DNA of 60,203 nucleotides. Origin: Bacteroidota bacterium. GTDB lineage: Bacteria; Bacteroidota; Bacteroidia; B-17B0; Aurantibacillaceae. A program made the position numbers and the translations under genes. The stretch covers positions 1-60,203 of the forward strand of contig JAOQAF010000080.1 in the NCBI GenBank assembly GCA_025963735.1. The letters are read 5' to 3'. Under the pieces are notes generated by a model. That model worked only from the letters and a program-made list of their open reading frames with translations, was not told the DNA's origin and did no database searches. Shown piece by piece: positions 40,624 through 50,347 of this stretch. Numbering within the stretch: position 1 is the stretch's first letter; the number at the start of each line of letters is the position of its first letter.

Positions 40624-41490
40624 TTAACAAAATGTACACGAAAACGCACAGCTGTATTCCTTTCCGGCATCCAGATGCAAAATTCCTTTTTTATCAGAGA
40701 ACTGGTGCATGGAGTTTATTCCATCTGTAATGCCTTGCCATGGCTCCAGGCAAACGAAACGGTTGTTTCCTTTTTTGGTCCAAATGCCAAAATAAGGCCA
40801 ACCCTGGCAAGTCATTGTTACGCTGTGTTTAGATTTTTTTGAGCGAAGACTTATCTTATTAATCTGGTCATTTTCAAACACAAGGGCGTCTTTATCAAAA
40901 AGAGCAACAGACAGTGGAAGCTGGTTATTTTCAAGGTTAAGAGTTGATATGTTTTCTGATAACAAACCATCCTGTAATAAAGTTTGACTCAGTGTATTTG
41001 TTTCAAACTCCAGAAAATAATCTTCGAATGTTTCATCTTTGTTAAGCGGACAATTAAAACCGGGGTGCGCGCCTACTGAAAACAACAGCGGGGCGGAACC
41101 CGGATTTTTTACTTTATAGGTGGTGATCAGTTCTGATTCGTTTAACTGATAGGTGATTTCAAAAACAAATTCAAACGGATATTTATTAATTGTTTCGGCT
41201 GATGATGCTAACTGAAAGGTGGCCGAGTTTGAAGAGGAAGAGATCAGTTCGAAATCCATATCTCTTGCAAAGCCGTGTTGTGATAACTTACAGGTTTTAC
41301 CTTCATAAAAGGCCTGATCGCCTTTTAGTTTTCCAACAATGGGGAATAATACGGGAGCGTGCCTCGGCCAAACCTCTTTATCAGCCTGCCAGATAAACTC
41401 TATGTTGTTCTTATCGGTAACACTGCTAAGTTCAGCGCCCTTTTGATTAATGATTACTTTTAAATGGGAAGAGTTGAGTTCAGTATTCAT
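40624..41490 (-). CDS. Aldose 1-epimerase family protein (LacX-like)
   Basis: APVLFPIVG, HGFARD, GAHPGF and FVCLEPW. Confidence 0.92.
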   Translation of the reverse strand: MNTELNSSHLKVIINQKGAELSSVTDKNNIEFIWQADKEVWPRHAPVLFPIVGKLKGDQAFYEGKTCKLSQHGFARDMDFELISSSSNSATFQLASSAETINKYPFEFVFEITYQLNESELITTYKVKNPGSAPLLFSVGAHPGFNCPLNKDETFEDYFLEFETNTLSQTLLQDGLLSENISTLNLENNQLPLSVALFDKDALVFENDQINKISLRSKKSKHSVTMTCQGWPYFGIWTKKGNNRFVCLEPWQGITDGINSMHQFSDKKGILHLDAGKEYSCAFSCTFC

Positions 41491-41511
41491 TTTTTATATA
41501 TTCTATAGACG

Positions 41512-41784
41512 CTATAAAAAAATAATGCCCGGAATTTCAGCAGCTCTTTTATATACTTCAATTACTTCTTCAACGCTTACCACCACAATTTTTGCCGTTA
41601 CACTTGTATATTTTCCGCTGCCGCTCTCTTTGGTGTGAATATCGGCTTCGGCATCAAAAAGATTTTCAACCAGCGCAATTTTCCGGTTATTACTTTCAAC
41701 AATAAACTTATACATGTATACACTTGGAAATGGTGTTGTTTCTATAAGTTTTTGTTTAAACTTTTCGAGATCCTCCGGCGTCAT
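41512..41784 (-). CDS. DUF493 (YbeD-like) protein
   Basis: FPSVYMYKFIV, SGSGKYTSVT and IPGIIFL. Confidence 0.85.
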   Translation of the reverse strand: MTPEDLEKFKQKLIETTPFPSVYMYKFIVESNNRKIALVENLFDAEADIHTKESGSGKYTSVTAKIVVVSVEEVIEVYKRAAEIPGIIFL

Positions 41785-42422
41785 GTGCTTTCAAAAAAAT
41801 GATTATATATCAAAACAACCCCAAAAATAACTAATAAAACACCCGTTATAATATTAACGTTATGCATTATTTTATCAGTTAATATTTTCTTTAATTTTTC
41901 CGCTGCCGACACTTTCGCAAACTCAACCATTAATGTAAGGCCAAGCGTTATGCTAAAAAAAACAATCATTTTAAACATGGAGTAATTCAGAGTTTTACTT
42001 ACTGCCGTTACATTACCAAGCCAAATCAGCCACACAGCAGGGTTTAAGATGTTCAGAAAAAAACCTTTTAGCAACATGGCTTTTGTTGACGGCACATACA
42101 CATCCACTTCCTCATCTTTTTTAGATACAGGAGGTTTTTTAAAATACAAAGCGCCAAAAATTATAAGAACTGTGCCTGCCAGGATACCCATGAAACGCTG
42201 ACTTTTTTCATCGGTTATAAAATTGGTGGCGCCGTAATGCACCAGAACAATTATAAGCAAACAAAGTAAAAAATCGCTGAGCACCACTCCGGTAGCTAAA
42301 ATGGAGCCGGATTTATATCCGTGTTTTATACCTGCGTTTATTAATGCAAAAAAAGCCGGCCCAAAAGAAAAGGTGAGAAAAATAACAATAACAAGTGTTT
42401 GGGATATAAGGCTAAGTATCAA
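41781..42422 (-). CDS. LysE-family exporter
   Basis: SFGPAFF, GVVLSD, KGFFLNILNP and six TM segments; TTG start. Confidence 0.88.
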   Translation of the reverse strand: MILSLISQTLVIVIFLTFSFGPAFFALINAGIKHGYKSGSILATGVVLSDFLLCLLIIVLVHYGATNFITDEKSQRFMGILAGTVLIIFGALYFKKPPVSKKDEEVDVYVPSTKAMLLKGFFLNILNPAVWLIWLGNVTAVSKTLNYSMFKMIVFFSITLGLTLMVEFAKVSAAEKLKKILTDKIMHNVNIITGVLLVIFGVVLIYNHFFEST

Positions 42423-42425
42423 ATT

Positions 42426-43955
42426 TTATTTTTTTAATCTGGTTAAAAATTCAAGCCACTCCTCAAGTTGTTTGCCTTTCATAACGCGGGGGAATTTACT
42501 TTGCCCGCCAAGTTTATTTTTACTGGCTAAAAAATCAATAAATGTCTGGTTAGGTAAAACGGTGATAAACAACTCTTTTAAAGCGTGTTTTCGTTCAGTA
42601 ACGTAGTCATCGTTTAATGCTTTTAAATGCGAATCAATTTTGTCAAGCAGTTCATTTTCATTAACAGGTCTGTCAACTCCTACATACCAATGGTGTGCGA
42701 ATAAACCCTGATGAGGAATACCCGCCACACAGTACTCGTTAATGTTAATGTGCATTTCTTCTGACGCCAGTTTTATTGCCTGGTTCATATTATCAACACT
42801 TAGGTGCTCACCGCACAGGCTTAAAAAATGTTTGGTTCGTCCGGTTACAATTATCTCGCAGCGCTTCAGATCGGTAAATTTAACGGTGTCGCCAATTAAG
42901 TAACGCCACGCCCCGGCACAGTTAGTTAACAGCAAGGCATAATCTTTATCCAGTTCTACCTCAGTAATGTTCAGCGCTTTTACATTAGGCTTAACATTTC
43001 CGTCACTATCAAAGTTTTCTTCGGTAAAGGGTATAAACTCAAAAAACATTTTGTTATCAGTGAGCAGTTTCATGGCCTGATTGGCGTTGGGCCTTTCCTG
43101 ATAAGCGATAAAGCCTTCAGAAGCCATATAGGTGTCAAGGTAAATTAATGGCTTCGAACAAAGGGCATCAATGGTATTTTTATAAGGAGTTATGGCCACT
43201 CCTCCGTGCACAAATACGGCAAGGTTGGGCCAAACATCGTGAATGGTTTTTACATTGTAATGTTTGATGATCCGCTCAAACAAAATCTGAATCCACGCCG
43301 GTACGCCGCAGATAAAGCCCACGTCCCAGCTTTTGGCGTTATCTACAATGTCCTGTAATTTTTTTTCCCAAACAGTTTGAGAACGTATTTCGGGTCCCGG
43401 AAGTGAAAAATTCTGAAACCAGCGCGGTTGCGTTCCGGTAGTAATACCGCTGAGATCGCCGCTGAAATAGGTACCGTTATAATTTAAATTGGTGCTTCCG
43501 CCAACAAATAAAATTTCGGTTTCAAATTGTTCTTTGGTAAAGTTAAAGTGACGGGTTGATAAAATCTGGCGCAGCGTTCCTTTTTGAATGGCGCTGATCA
43601 TGGCTTTGGTAACAGGAATATGTTTACTGGCCGCTTCGGAAGTTCCACTGCTCAGGGCAAAATATTTTATTTTACCCGGCCAGCAAATATTTTTTTCGCC
43701 CGCCAGTGAGCGGTGCCACCAGGCATTAAAAATACTTTGATAATCATGAATGGGAACAGTGTTCTGATAAATTTTAATCGGGTCTTCCAGCAAAACCAAT
43801 TCATTAAAAAGGTATTTTTTGCCAAACTCAGTGAACTGAGCTTTTAATAATAATTTGCGCAGCTGCCGGATTTGCTGCTTGTACGCGTTTCTACGTGTAG
43901 GAATTTTACTTCTTACCGAAATAACTTTTTTTATTATAGAACCTATTAGGGCCAT
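42426..43955 (-). CDS. GH3 family acyl-acid amido synthetase
   Basis: The three GH3 ATP/AMP motifs SSGTS, YMASEG and YLIGD, plus the C-terminal GGQSKFPR. Confidence 0.92.
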   Translation of the reverse strand: MALIGSIIKKVISVRSKIPTRRNAYKQQIRQLRKLLLKAQFTEFGKKYLFNELVLLEDPIKIYQNTVPIHDYQSIFNAWWHRSLAGEKNICWPGKIKYFALSSGTSEAASKHIPVTKAMISAIQKGTLRQILSTRHFNFTKEQFETEILFVGGSTNLNYNGTYFSGDLSGITTGTQPRWFQNFSLPGPEIRSQTVWEKKLQDIVDNAKSWDVGFICGVPAWIQILFERIIKHYNVKTIHDVWPNLAVFVHGGVAITPYKNTIDALCSKPLIYLDTYMASEGFIAYQERPNANQAMKLLTDNKMFFEFIPFTEENFDSDGNVKPNVKALNITEVELDKDYALLLTNCAGAWRYLIGDTVKFTDLKRCEIIVTGRTKHFLSLCGEHLSVDNMNQAIKLASEEMHININEYCVAGIPHQGLFAHHWYVGVDRPVNENELLDKIDSHLKALNDDYVTERKHALKELFITVLPNQTFIDFLASKNKLGGQSKFPRVMKGKQLEEWLEFLTRLKK

Positions 43956-44020
43956 TCTGTTGTGATTCTGAATTATTAATTTACCGGTTTAACTAGCAAG
44001 CAACAATTCCTTTCATTAGT

Positions 44021-45118
44021 TTATCTGATGTATCTGAAATCCTGATTATTCTTAATGAGTTTTAAAGACGCATAAATTAATTTTATTACTTCCTCTACAT
44101 CCTGTTTGTTTACAGTTTCAACGGTTGTATGCATATAACGCAATGGCAAAGAAATTAAAGCGGAGGCAATTCCTTCTGTTGAATAGGCGAAGGCGTCGGT
44201 ATCTGTACCGGTGGCACGCGCTGCGGCTAATCTCTGAAAAGGAATTTTATTTTTATCCGCGGCTTCAATAATTAATTTGAGCAAATTGTTTTGAACCGCC
44301 GGCGCATAACTTAATACCGGACCTTTGCCGCAACTTAAATCGCCGCTCATTATTTTGTTCATCATAGGGGTTTGGGTATCGTGACAAACGTCTGTAATTA
44401 TTGCCACATTTGGTTTTATTCTGCGGGCTATCATTTCGGCACCATGCAGGCCAACTTCCTCCTGAACCGCATTTACTATGTACAGGCCAAAGGGAAGCTT
44501 GTCTTTTCTTTCTTTTAAAAGACGGGCCACTTCTGCAATCATAAAGCCTCCAATACGGTTATCTAAGGCCCTGCCGGTATAATAACGGTTGTTTAATTCC
44601 ATCAGTTCATCTTCATAGGTTACCACGCAACCTACATGAACACCAAGATCGGCTACTTCTTTATCATTTTTGCATCCAAGGTCGAGGAAGATGTTTTTAA
44701 GTGTGGGCGTTTCTTCTCTTCCAGGTTCGCGTACATGTATGGCCGGCCAGCCAAACACCGCTTTCACAATTCCTTTATCGGTATGAATATTAACTCTCTT
44801 TGAAGGAGCGATTTGATGATCACTTCCGCCATTCCTGCACAGATAAATAAAACCATCTTTGGTTATGTAATGAATGAACCAGCTTATTTCATCGGCATGC
44901 GCCTCAATTACCACTTTATACGGTGCTTTGGGATTAATAACACCAACCGCAGTTCCATAAGTATCTACAAAATGTTCATCAATATAAGGCTTCAGGTAAT
45001 TGAGCCATATTTTTTGGCCGCCGCTTTCAAACCCTGTAGGTGAGGTGTTGTTTAAGTACTCGTATAAGAACCTGGTAGAGTTAGAATTTAATATTGATTT
45101 AGATTTGTTCTTGGCCAT
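44021..45118 (-). CDS. M42 family metallo-aminopeptidase
   Basis: EAHADE, ALDNR, VQEEVG, TDVCH, TGTD and RYMHT. Confidence 0.93.
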   Translation of the reverse strand: MAKNKSKSILNSNSTRFLYEYLNNTSPTGFESGGQKIWLNYLKPYIDEHFVDTYGTAVGVINPKAPYKVVIEAHADEISWFIHYITKDGFIYLCRNGGSDHQIAPSKRVNIHTDKGIVKAVFGWPAIHVREPGREETPTLKNIFLDLGCKNDKEVADLGVHVGCVVTYEDELMELNNRYYTGRALDNRIGGFMIAEVARLLKERKDKLPFGLYIVNAVQEEVGLHGAEMIARRIKPNVAIITDVCHDTQTPMMNKIMSGDLSCGKGPVLSYAPAVQNNLLKLIIEAADKNKIPFQRLAAARATGTDTDAFAYSTEGIASALISLPLRYMHTTVETVNKQDVEEVIKLIYASLKLIKNNQDFRYIR

Positions 45119-45284
45119 AAAATAAGGAGTTTATCAGGTTTAAATTAACGAAAAATTAATGAAATTTAAAAGCTGAACAGTGATTTATCATGGGCGATAC
45201 AGATTTTGAGATACGCGGTTTAGGTATCCATGCAAAGCAAACGAACGTTCATAATTTAATGTTCAGAAAAATTGCGACGACAAG

Positions 45285-45788
45285 TTAAGTGGTTACCGTT
45301 GTTTTTGATTGGTTATTTTTGTGTTTTACCGGTATCCAAATTTCCTCTTCCGAATCAGGATCATTATTTTTATATTTTTCACCCATCACTTCAAAGTGGG
45401 GACGATCATCAAGCTCATAATCAGAACCAGGAAGCCAGGAACTATATATGTATTGATAGATGCGGACATCTGCGCTTGAACCTTTATATAAAAAAACTGC
45501 ATACAGGCCTCCGGAGAGTGTAAAGGTTTCCATTCCTTCAGGAACATTTTCAAAATCCTTTACCTCAACAGCCGCCCACTTTTGATGGTATGTTTGTGAA
45601 TCCTCAATGTCGGCCGATCGTTCATAAATACGAATTGAATATAACAAAGAAGAGACCGTGTTTTTTATTTCCTTTCGCCTGGGCATAAAACTGCGCCACA
45701 ATTCCATAGTCTTATTATTAATTAACGACATGCTTTTTTGTATGCCTACTAATTTCTTTGCTGAAAGTATTTTAATCTCAGGCTCCAT
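45285..45788 (-). CDS. GyrI-like small-molecule-binding protein
   Basis: LWRSFMPR, VPEGM, GGLYAVF, WLPGSDY..RPHFE and EIWIPV. Start moved to the ATG at 45788. Confidence 0.88.
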   Translation of the reverse strand: MEPEIKILSAKKLVGIQKSMSLINNKTMELWRSFMPRRKEIKNTVSSLLYSIRIYERSADIEDSQTYHQKWAAVEVKDFENVPEGMETFTLSGGLYAVFLYKGSSADVRIYQYIYSSWLPGSDYELDDRPHFEVMGEKYKNNDPDSEEEIWIPVKHKNNQSKTTVTT

Positions 45789-45792
45789 AAAA

Positions 45793-46446
45793 CTAAGTGT
45801 TTGCAGATGGCGCAACCACGTTTTTTTGTGCAATGATTATTAAATCCACAGTTTTTTCTCCATTGGCTCCCGGATATTCTTTTCTATCTAATTCCTTTAT
45901 TGTAAACCCTGATGTTTGCAAAGCTTCATTAAGGTATCCGGCCTCATGGTAGTGCATAAAAATTTCATCGCCGGCGCTTCCTTTTTTAAAACCAGATTTA
46001 TCGTAGCGGTCTTCCATTGTACTGATGTAAATTAAACCAGTTGGTTTTAGACACATGCAGGCATCATCGATCAGGCATATTGCTTCGGGCTTTGAAAGGT
46101 ACGGAAGAAGAAAACCGCACATGATGGCATCGTATTTTTTATCGGGATGTTTTAATTCCCTTCCGTCCATAATTTTAAATTCAGCAAAAGGATTATTTGC
46201 CATGGCCAGCTTAATCATGTTTTCCGACAAATCTGTTCCTGTAATTTTTAGATCGGGACGAAGCTTTAATAAATATTTTGTAATGTTTCCGGGCCCGCAT
46301 GCAAGCTCTAAAACTTCAGCGTTCAAAGGAAGCAAATTGCAAAACGCATTAAAAGTGTTACCATATAAGTCTACATTCATAAACTTATCCTGATACTCTT
46401 TAGCAAGTTTATTAAATATAAATACGGCGTTCGTATTTTTATCCAT
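45793..46446 (-). CDS. Class I SAM-dependent methyltransferase
   Basis: VLELACGPG, GTDLSENMI, YDAIMCGF and LKPTGLIYIS. Confidence 0.9.
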   Translation of the reverse strand: MDKNTNAVFIFNKLAKEYQDKFMNVDLYGNTFNAFCNLLPLNAEVLELACGPGNITKYLLKLRPDLKITGTDLSENMIKLAMANNPFAEFKIMDGRELKHPDKKYDAIMCGFLLPYLSKPEAICLIDDACMCLKPTGLIYISTMEDRYDKSGFKKGSAGDEIFMHYHEAGYLNEALQTSGFTIKELDRKEYPGANGEKTVDLIIIAQKNVVAPSANT

Positions 46447-46459
46447 GAGCGGGAGCTTG

Positions 46460-46795
46460 TTATTTCTTATCCGTTTTCTTTTTCTTTAAATAAGCCATAT
46501 AGGTTTTACTCACCTGGTTTTCTCCCGGAAGAGTTTCGAAGGTTATTACTTCCCAGCCCAGCGTTTGATACTCTTTAATTTTGTTCAGCAAAGGATTAGA
46601 GTTAAGAACAGATTCTTTTTGATTTAAAAAGTTGGCGTCTTCAGTAACAAATTCCCGTCCATCGATACACACTACTATCTGATGTTTGGCTGAATGGTTG
46701 TATTCAACTATCATGAACTCGTATTTATCCTGACTATAAACCCATGTTGATGTAATAATAAACAGTGCTAACAGTAGCAGAGATCTTGTATTCAT
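46460..46795 (-). CDS. Secreted small protein, DUF4177-like
   Basis: Signal peptide. The YEFMIV...LLNKIKEYQTLGWEVI...YLKK pattern resembles DUF4177. Confidence 0.65.
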   Translation of the reverse strand: MNTRSLLLLALFIITSTWVYSQDKYEFMIVEYNHSAKHQIVVCIDGREFVTEDANFLNQKESVLNSNPLLNKIKEYQTLGWEVITFETLPGENQVSKTYMAYLKKKKTDKK

Positions 46796-46911
46796 TGGAT
46801 TGATGGATTAGGGTTCATAGTAAAAGTAAGAATATTTCCCGCATCTTATGGATATATTGAGAAGGCCGGTAATTTAGCGATGTTATTTTGGGCTAAGGCA
46901 AAAGAATTATA

Positions 46912-46919
46912 TATTTTTG
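46912..46919 (+). promoter_or_regulatory. -7 promoter element for mgtC
   Basis: TATTTTTG, about 85 nt upstream of mgtC. Confidence 0.5.
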
Positions 46920-47002
46920 TTTAATGATGTTAAGCAAAAGCTTAAGGTGTCACATCTTATGAAACATGAATTCTTATTTTACAAATCTTTTAATGCCTGG
47001 CA

Positions 47003-47644
47003 ATGTTTATGATTCACACTGAAGAAATAATGCAGCTGATTATTTCACTGATTATAGGAGGCATTATTGGAGTTGAACGGGAAATCAGCAGTAAAGCCGC
47101 GGGGTTCAGAACAATGATTTTAATCTGCCTGGGATCCACACTTTTTACAATTGTCTCAACAAAAATTGGAGCTAACGGCAGCACTGACCGCATTGCGGCA
47201 AACATTGTAACCGGAATTGGTTTCATTGGCGCAGGCGTGGTTTTTAAAGAAGGGTTTACCGTAAGTGGCTTAACCACCGCGGCCACTATCTGGATAACAG
47301 CCGCATTGGGAATGGCTATCGGAACAAAGGATTATAATCTAGCCGGAGTAGGCGCCGCACTAACCATTGTTATTTTATTTTTATTTGAATACGTACAAAA
47401 CATGATCAGCCGTTTGCATCAGCAAAGAGGTTACCGTGTTACTTTTTACAAGGGACCTAGTGCACATGAAGTAGAAGCAAAACTAAAAGAGCTTTCTCTT
47501 AAATATATTAAAAAAAATGAAACGAAAGATAACGAAGAGTTACGTTATACGCTGGGCGTGTTCGGACGTAAAACAAGAATAGATCTTTTTAACTCTTATT
47601 TAATCAGTCTTGACACTATAAAGTCTTTTGACAGCTGGATTTAA
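47003..47644 (+). CDS. mgtC: MgtC/SapB family membrane protein
   Basis: IGVERE, AGFRT, RIAANIVTGIGFIGAG and GLTTAATIW. Start could be 47003 or 47009. Confidence 0.92.
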   Translation: MFMIHTEEIMQLIISLIIGGIIGVEREISSKAAGFRTMILICLGSTLFTIVSTKIGANGSTDRIAANIVTGIGFIGAGVVFKEGFTVSGLTTAATIWITAALGMAIGTKDYNLAGVGAALTIVILFLFEYVQNMISRLHQQRGYRVTFYKGPSAHEVEAKLKELSLKYIKKNETKDNEELRYTLGVFGRKTRIDLFNSYLISLDTIKSFDSWI

Positions 47645-47682
47645 CGCACAAGGTTTTTTCATAAACAAACAACCTTATTTTT

Positions 47683-48654
47683 TCAATAACCTATTATCTG
47701 TCTTACCTTCTTAAGTTTTTCGTTCGCCATCTGATTAGCTTTATTTTCGCCAATACTTAATTCTTTTTCGAGCATGGAGGTATTATTCATTAACCTGTCA
47801 AACTCTTTACGCTCGTCTTTATATTTATCTAAAATCAGCTCCAGTAAAGCAGTTTTGGCGTGACCATAACCATAGCCGCCTTTCGTGTAATTCAATCGCA
47901 TACTCTCGGTTTGTTCGGCAGATGCCAACAATTGATATAATTTAAAAGTATTATCGGTGTGAGGATCTTTAGGGTCTTCAAGCGATTTACTGTCACTCAC
48001 AATGCTCATCACCACTTTTTTAAGTTCTTTTTCAGGAAGAAAAATATTTATAAAGTTGTTGTAAGACTTACTCATCTTTTGGCCGTCAATACCCGGCACC
48101 AACATTACGCGGTTATCTGTAAGAGCCTCAGGAACCACAAACACTTCTTCCTGAACGCTATGATTAAACGCCCTTGCAATATCAGCAGCAATTTCCAAAT
48201 GCTGAACCTGATCCTTACCAACCGGAACTTTGTTTGCATCATACAATAAAATATCGGCAGCCATTAAAACCGGATAAATAAATAATCCCGCGTTTACATC
48301 ACTAAGCCTTCCGCTTTTGTCTTTAAACGAATGGGCGTTAGCGAGCATGGGATAAGGCGTATGGCAATTCAGGTACCAGGTTAATTCGGTTACCTGTGGC
48401 ACGCGGCTTTGGCGGTAAAACACCGTGCGGGAAGTATCAATGCCAAATGCAAGCCAGGTTGCCGCAACGGCATTAGTGCTTTGACGAATAAAATCAGCGC
48501 TTTTTTGAGAGGTTAAGGTGTGCAAGTCGGCAATAAACAAAAGACTTTCATTATCCTGTTTTTTGCTTAATTCAATTGCGGGCAAAATAGCGCCCAAAAC
48601 ATTACCAAGGTGCGGTACGTTAGTGCTTTGAATTCCTGTTAAAATACGTGTCAT
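47683..48654 (-). CDS. trpS: Tryptophanyl-tRNA synthetase
   Basis: LTGIQST, HLGN, YPVLMAADILLY, VPVGKDQ and KMSKS. Confidence 0.98.
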   Translation of the reverse strand: MTRILTGIQSTNVPHLGNVLGAILPAIELSKKQDNESLLFIADLHTLTSQKSADFIRQSTNAVAATWLAFGIDTSRTVFYRQSRVPQVTELTWYLNCHTPYPMLANAHSFKDKSGRLSDVNAGLFIYPVLMAADILLYDANKVPVGKDQVQHLEIAADIARAFNHSVQEEVFVVPEALTDNRVMLVPGIDGQKMSKSYNNFINIFLPEKELKKVVMSIVSDSKSLEDPKDPHTDNTFKLYQLLASAEQTESMRLNYTKGGYGYGHAKTALLELILDKYKDERKEFDRLMNNTSMLEKELSIGENKANQMANEKLKKVRQIIGY

Positions 48655-48667
48655 AATGCCTGTAAAT

Positions 48668-50344
48668 TTACAATAAAAATTGTTTTAGCTCAGCGGTAAG
48701 ATATTTATCAAAATGAAAGCTGTTCAGCAATTGAATGTATTCAAATTCTGATTTTCCTTTGGCTACAATTATTTTATTAAGATGATCTTTTACTTTCATC
48801 GGAACGTTTTCAAGATCAAAGCAAAAACCGATAAACAGGTCCAGTTTATTTAAGCCCACAGCGTTTTCATTAGAATTGACTTTAATTATTTTTTCTTTTT
48901 TTAAAAGTTTGCGCACCTGCAGTACAGCCGCTTTACGGTTGCCCTGAAAGTTCTTAATTACCATGTGGGTGATAAATCTGCTTATGTCCGCAGGGTTAAT
49001 GGTTTTACCTAAAGTATTGTCAAACTGAACAAACAAATTTGAAGCGGTAAACTTTTTCAAAATTTCAGGAGAACTGCGGTAACCTTTTGTTTCATTTATT
49101 TTTTTGTGTTCGCTTAAGGAAAGTTCATACAAGGCAGAATTGCAGGGCCGGAAGCCAAACCGATAATAAAACCAAAAAGCACCCGACTGTATTCCTTCAG
49201 GATTATTTTTTCCGAACTGATATGGTTCCACTTCAAAATAGGAGGCGCGAAAAGCCATTCGGTAACAACGTAATAATTGCGAAAAAATATAGGCCGACTC
49301 CCCTCCCCTGTAAGCTTCAAAAATGTTAATGCCTATTAACGAACGTTGGCCAAACAACCAGGCGCCGCCATAAGCCATTGGGTATCCATTTTTAAACATC
49401 ATAAAACCTACGTAGGATTCTACGGGCAGCCCTCGTTCACTATCAATACCAAATAAGGCGATAGAAAGTCCGCGGTCCAATTCATAATATTTCAGGTTCA
49501 GGTCTTCGCAATAGGTAATGGGATCAGTTTCCCTGTTAAGCAAACAAAGAGCGATTCTTGCGGCAGTTAAAATATTTTTCTTTTCATTATTAGTTAGTTT
49601 CTTTTCAAGAGGTAATTTTTTATTGATAATCTCTTTTTCATCAAATTTTTTCAATAAACCTTCCCCATGAAAATATCTATCCTGTACTTTTACAGTGCCA
49701 TAACTTTTCGAATACTTTTGTTGCTTTGAACTAATGTCAATGTAAAGCTTTAACGACTCAAACAACTCATCTTTTAATACTACCCCTGCTTTTAAGCCAT
49801 CCATTGCGGTAATTAACCACCAAAGCATTTTCCCCGGATCATTTGAGCCAGAGGCTTTTTCTATCCATTTATAAGGCTTTAATTTTTCATCGGCCAATAA
49901 ATCGAATTCTGTTTCAGGTAATACATGTTTTAGTACTGCTTTTGGATGCTGTCCTGTCTTATCAAAAGAATACAATGAAACATCTCCCGGAAACTCATCG
50001 AGTAAAAATTTAATAAGTGTCAAGCTGTATGCTCCACGGGTACTTGTACCGGCGAGGCCACTACCGGACATTGCTTTCCTGAGGGTATTGTTTTTTTTAA
50101 TATAAGAAGTAAGCCGCTCCATTTCATTTGAGGCACAGTTAAAAACCTTCTGATTTTCAGCGTGCGACAATAAAAATAAAAGACTGTTGTGATAATTTAA
50201 AATTTGCTTTTGGTGCGGAAACCCTGTAGAAGAACATTGTTGGAGCAGGAATATTTTATTTACGGTTCCTTCAGTGCTAAAATCTGTTAAGCACTTTTGT
50301 AATAAGTGAAAAGGTGAGTGTGTTAATTTATGTTTTTTTTCCAT
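48668..50344 (-). CDS. Hypothetical protein with a C-terminal GNAT-like region
   Basis: 558-aa ORF filling the gap with 3-nt and 13-nt spacers. INIFEAYRGGE and AFWFYYRFGF resemble GNAT motifs A and B. Confidence 0.75.
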   Translation of the reverse strand: MEKKHKLTHSPFHLLQKCLTDFSTEGTVNKIFLLQQCSSTGFPHQKQILNYHNSLLFLLSHAENQKVFNCASNEMERLTSYIKKNNTLRKAMSGSGLAGTSTRGAYSLTLIKFLLDEFPGDVSLYSFDKTGQHPKAVLKHVLPETEFDLLADEKLKPYKWIEKASGSNDPGKMLWWLITAMDGLKAGVVLKDELFESLKLYIDISSKQQKYSKSYGTVKVQDRYFHGEGLLKKFDEKEIINKKLPLEKKLTNNEKKNILTAARIALCLLNRETDPITYCEDLNLKYYELDRGLSIALFGIDSERGLPVESYVGFMMFKNGYPMAYGGAWLFGQRSLIGINIFEAYRGGESAYIFSQLLRCYRMAFRASYFEVEPYQFGKNNPEGIQSGAFWFYYRFGFRPCNSALYELSLSEHKKINETKGYRSSPEILKKFTASNLFVQFDNTLGKTINPADISRFITHMVIKNFQGNRKAAVLQVRKLLKKEKIIKVNSNENAVGLNKLDLFIGFCFDLENVPMKVKDHLNKIIVAKGKSEFEYIQLLNSFHFDKYLTAELKQFLL

Positions 50345-50347
50345 ACG

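Noticed and set aside
45185-45240. CATGG-gc-GATAC...GTATCCATG hairpin as a riboswitch upstream of the M42 peptidase
   Set aside because: It is a short bulged stem with no recognisable aptamer consensus.
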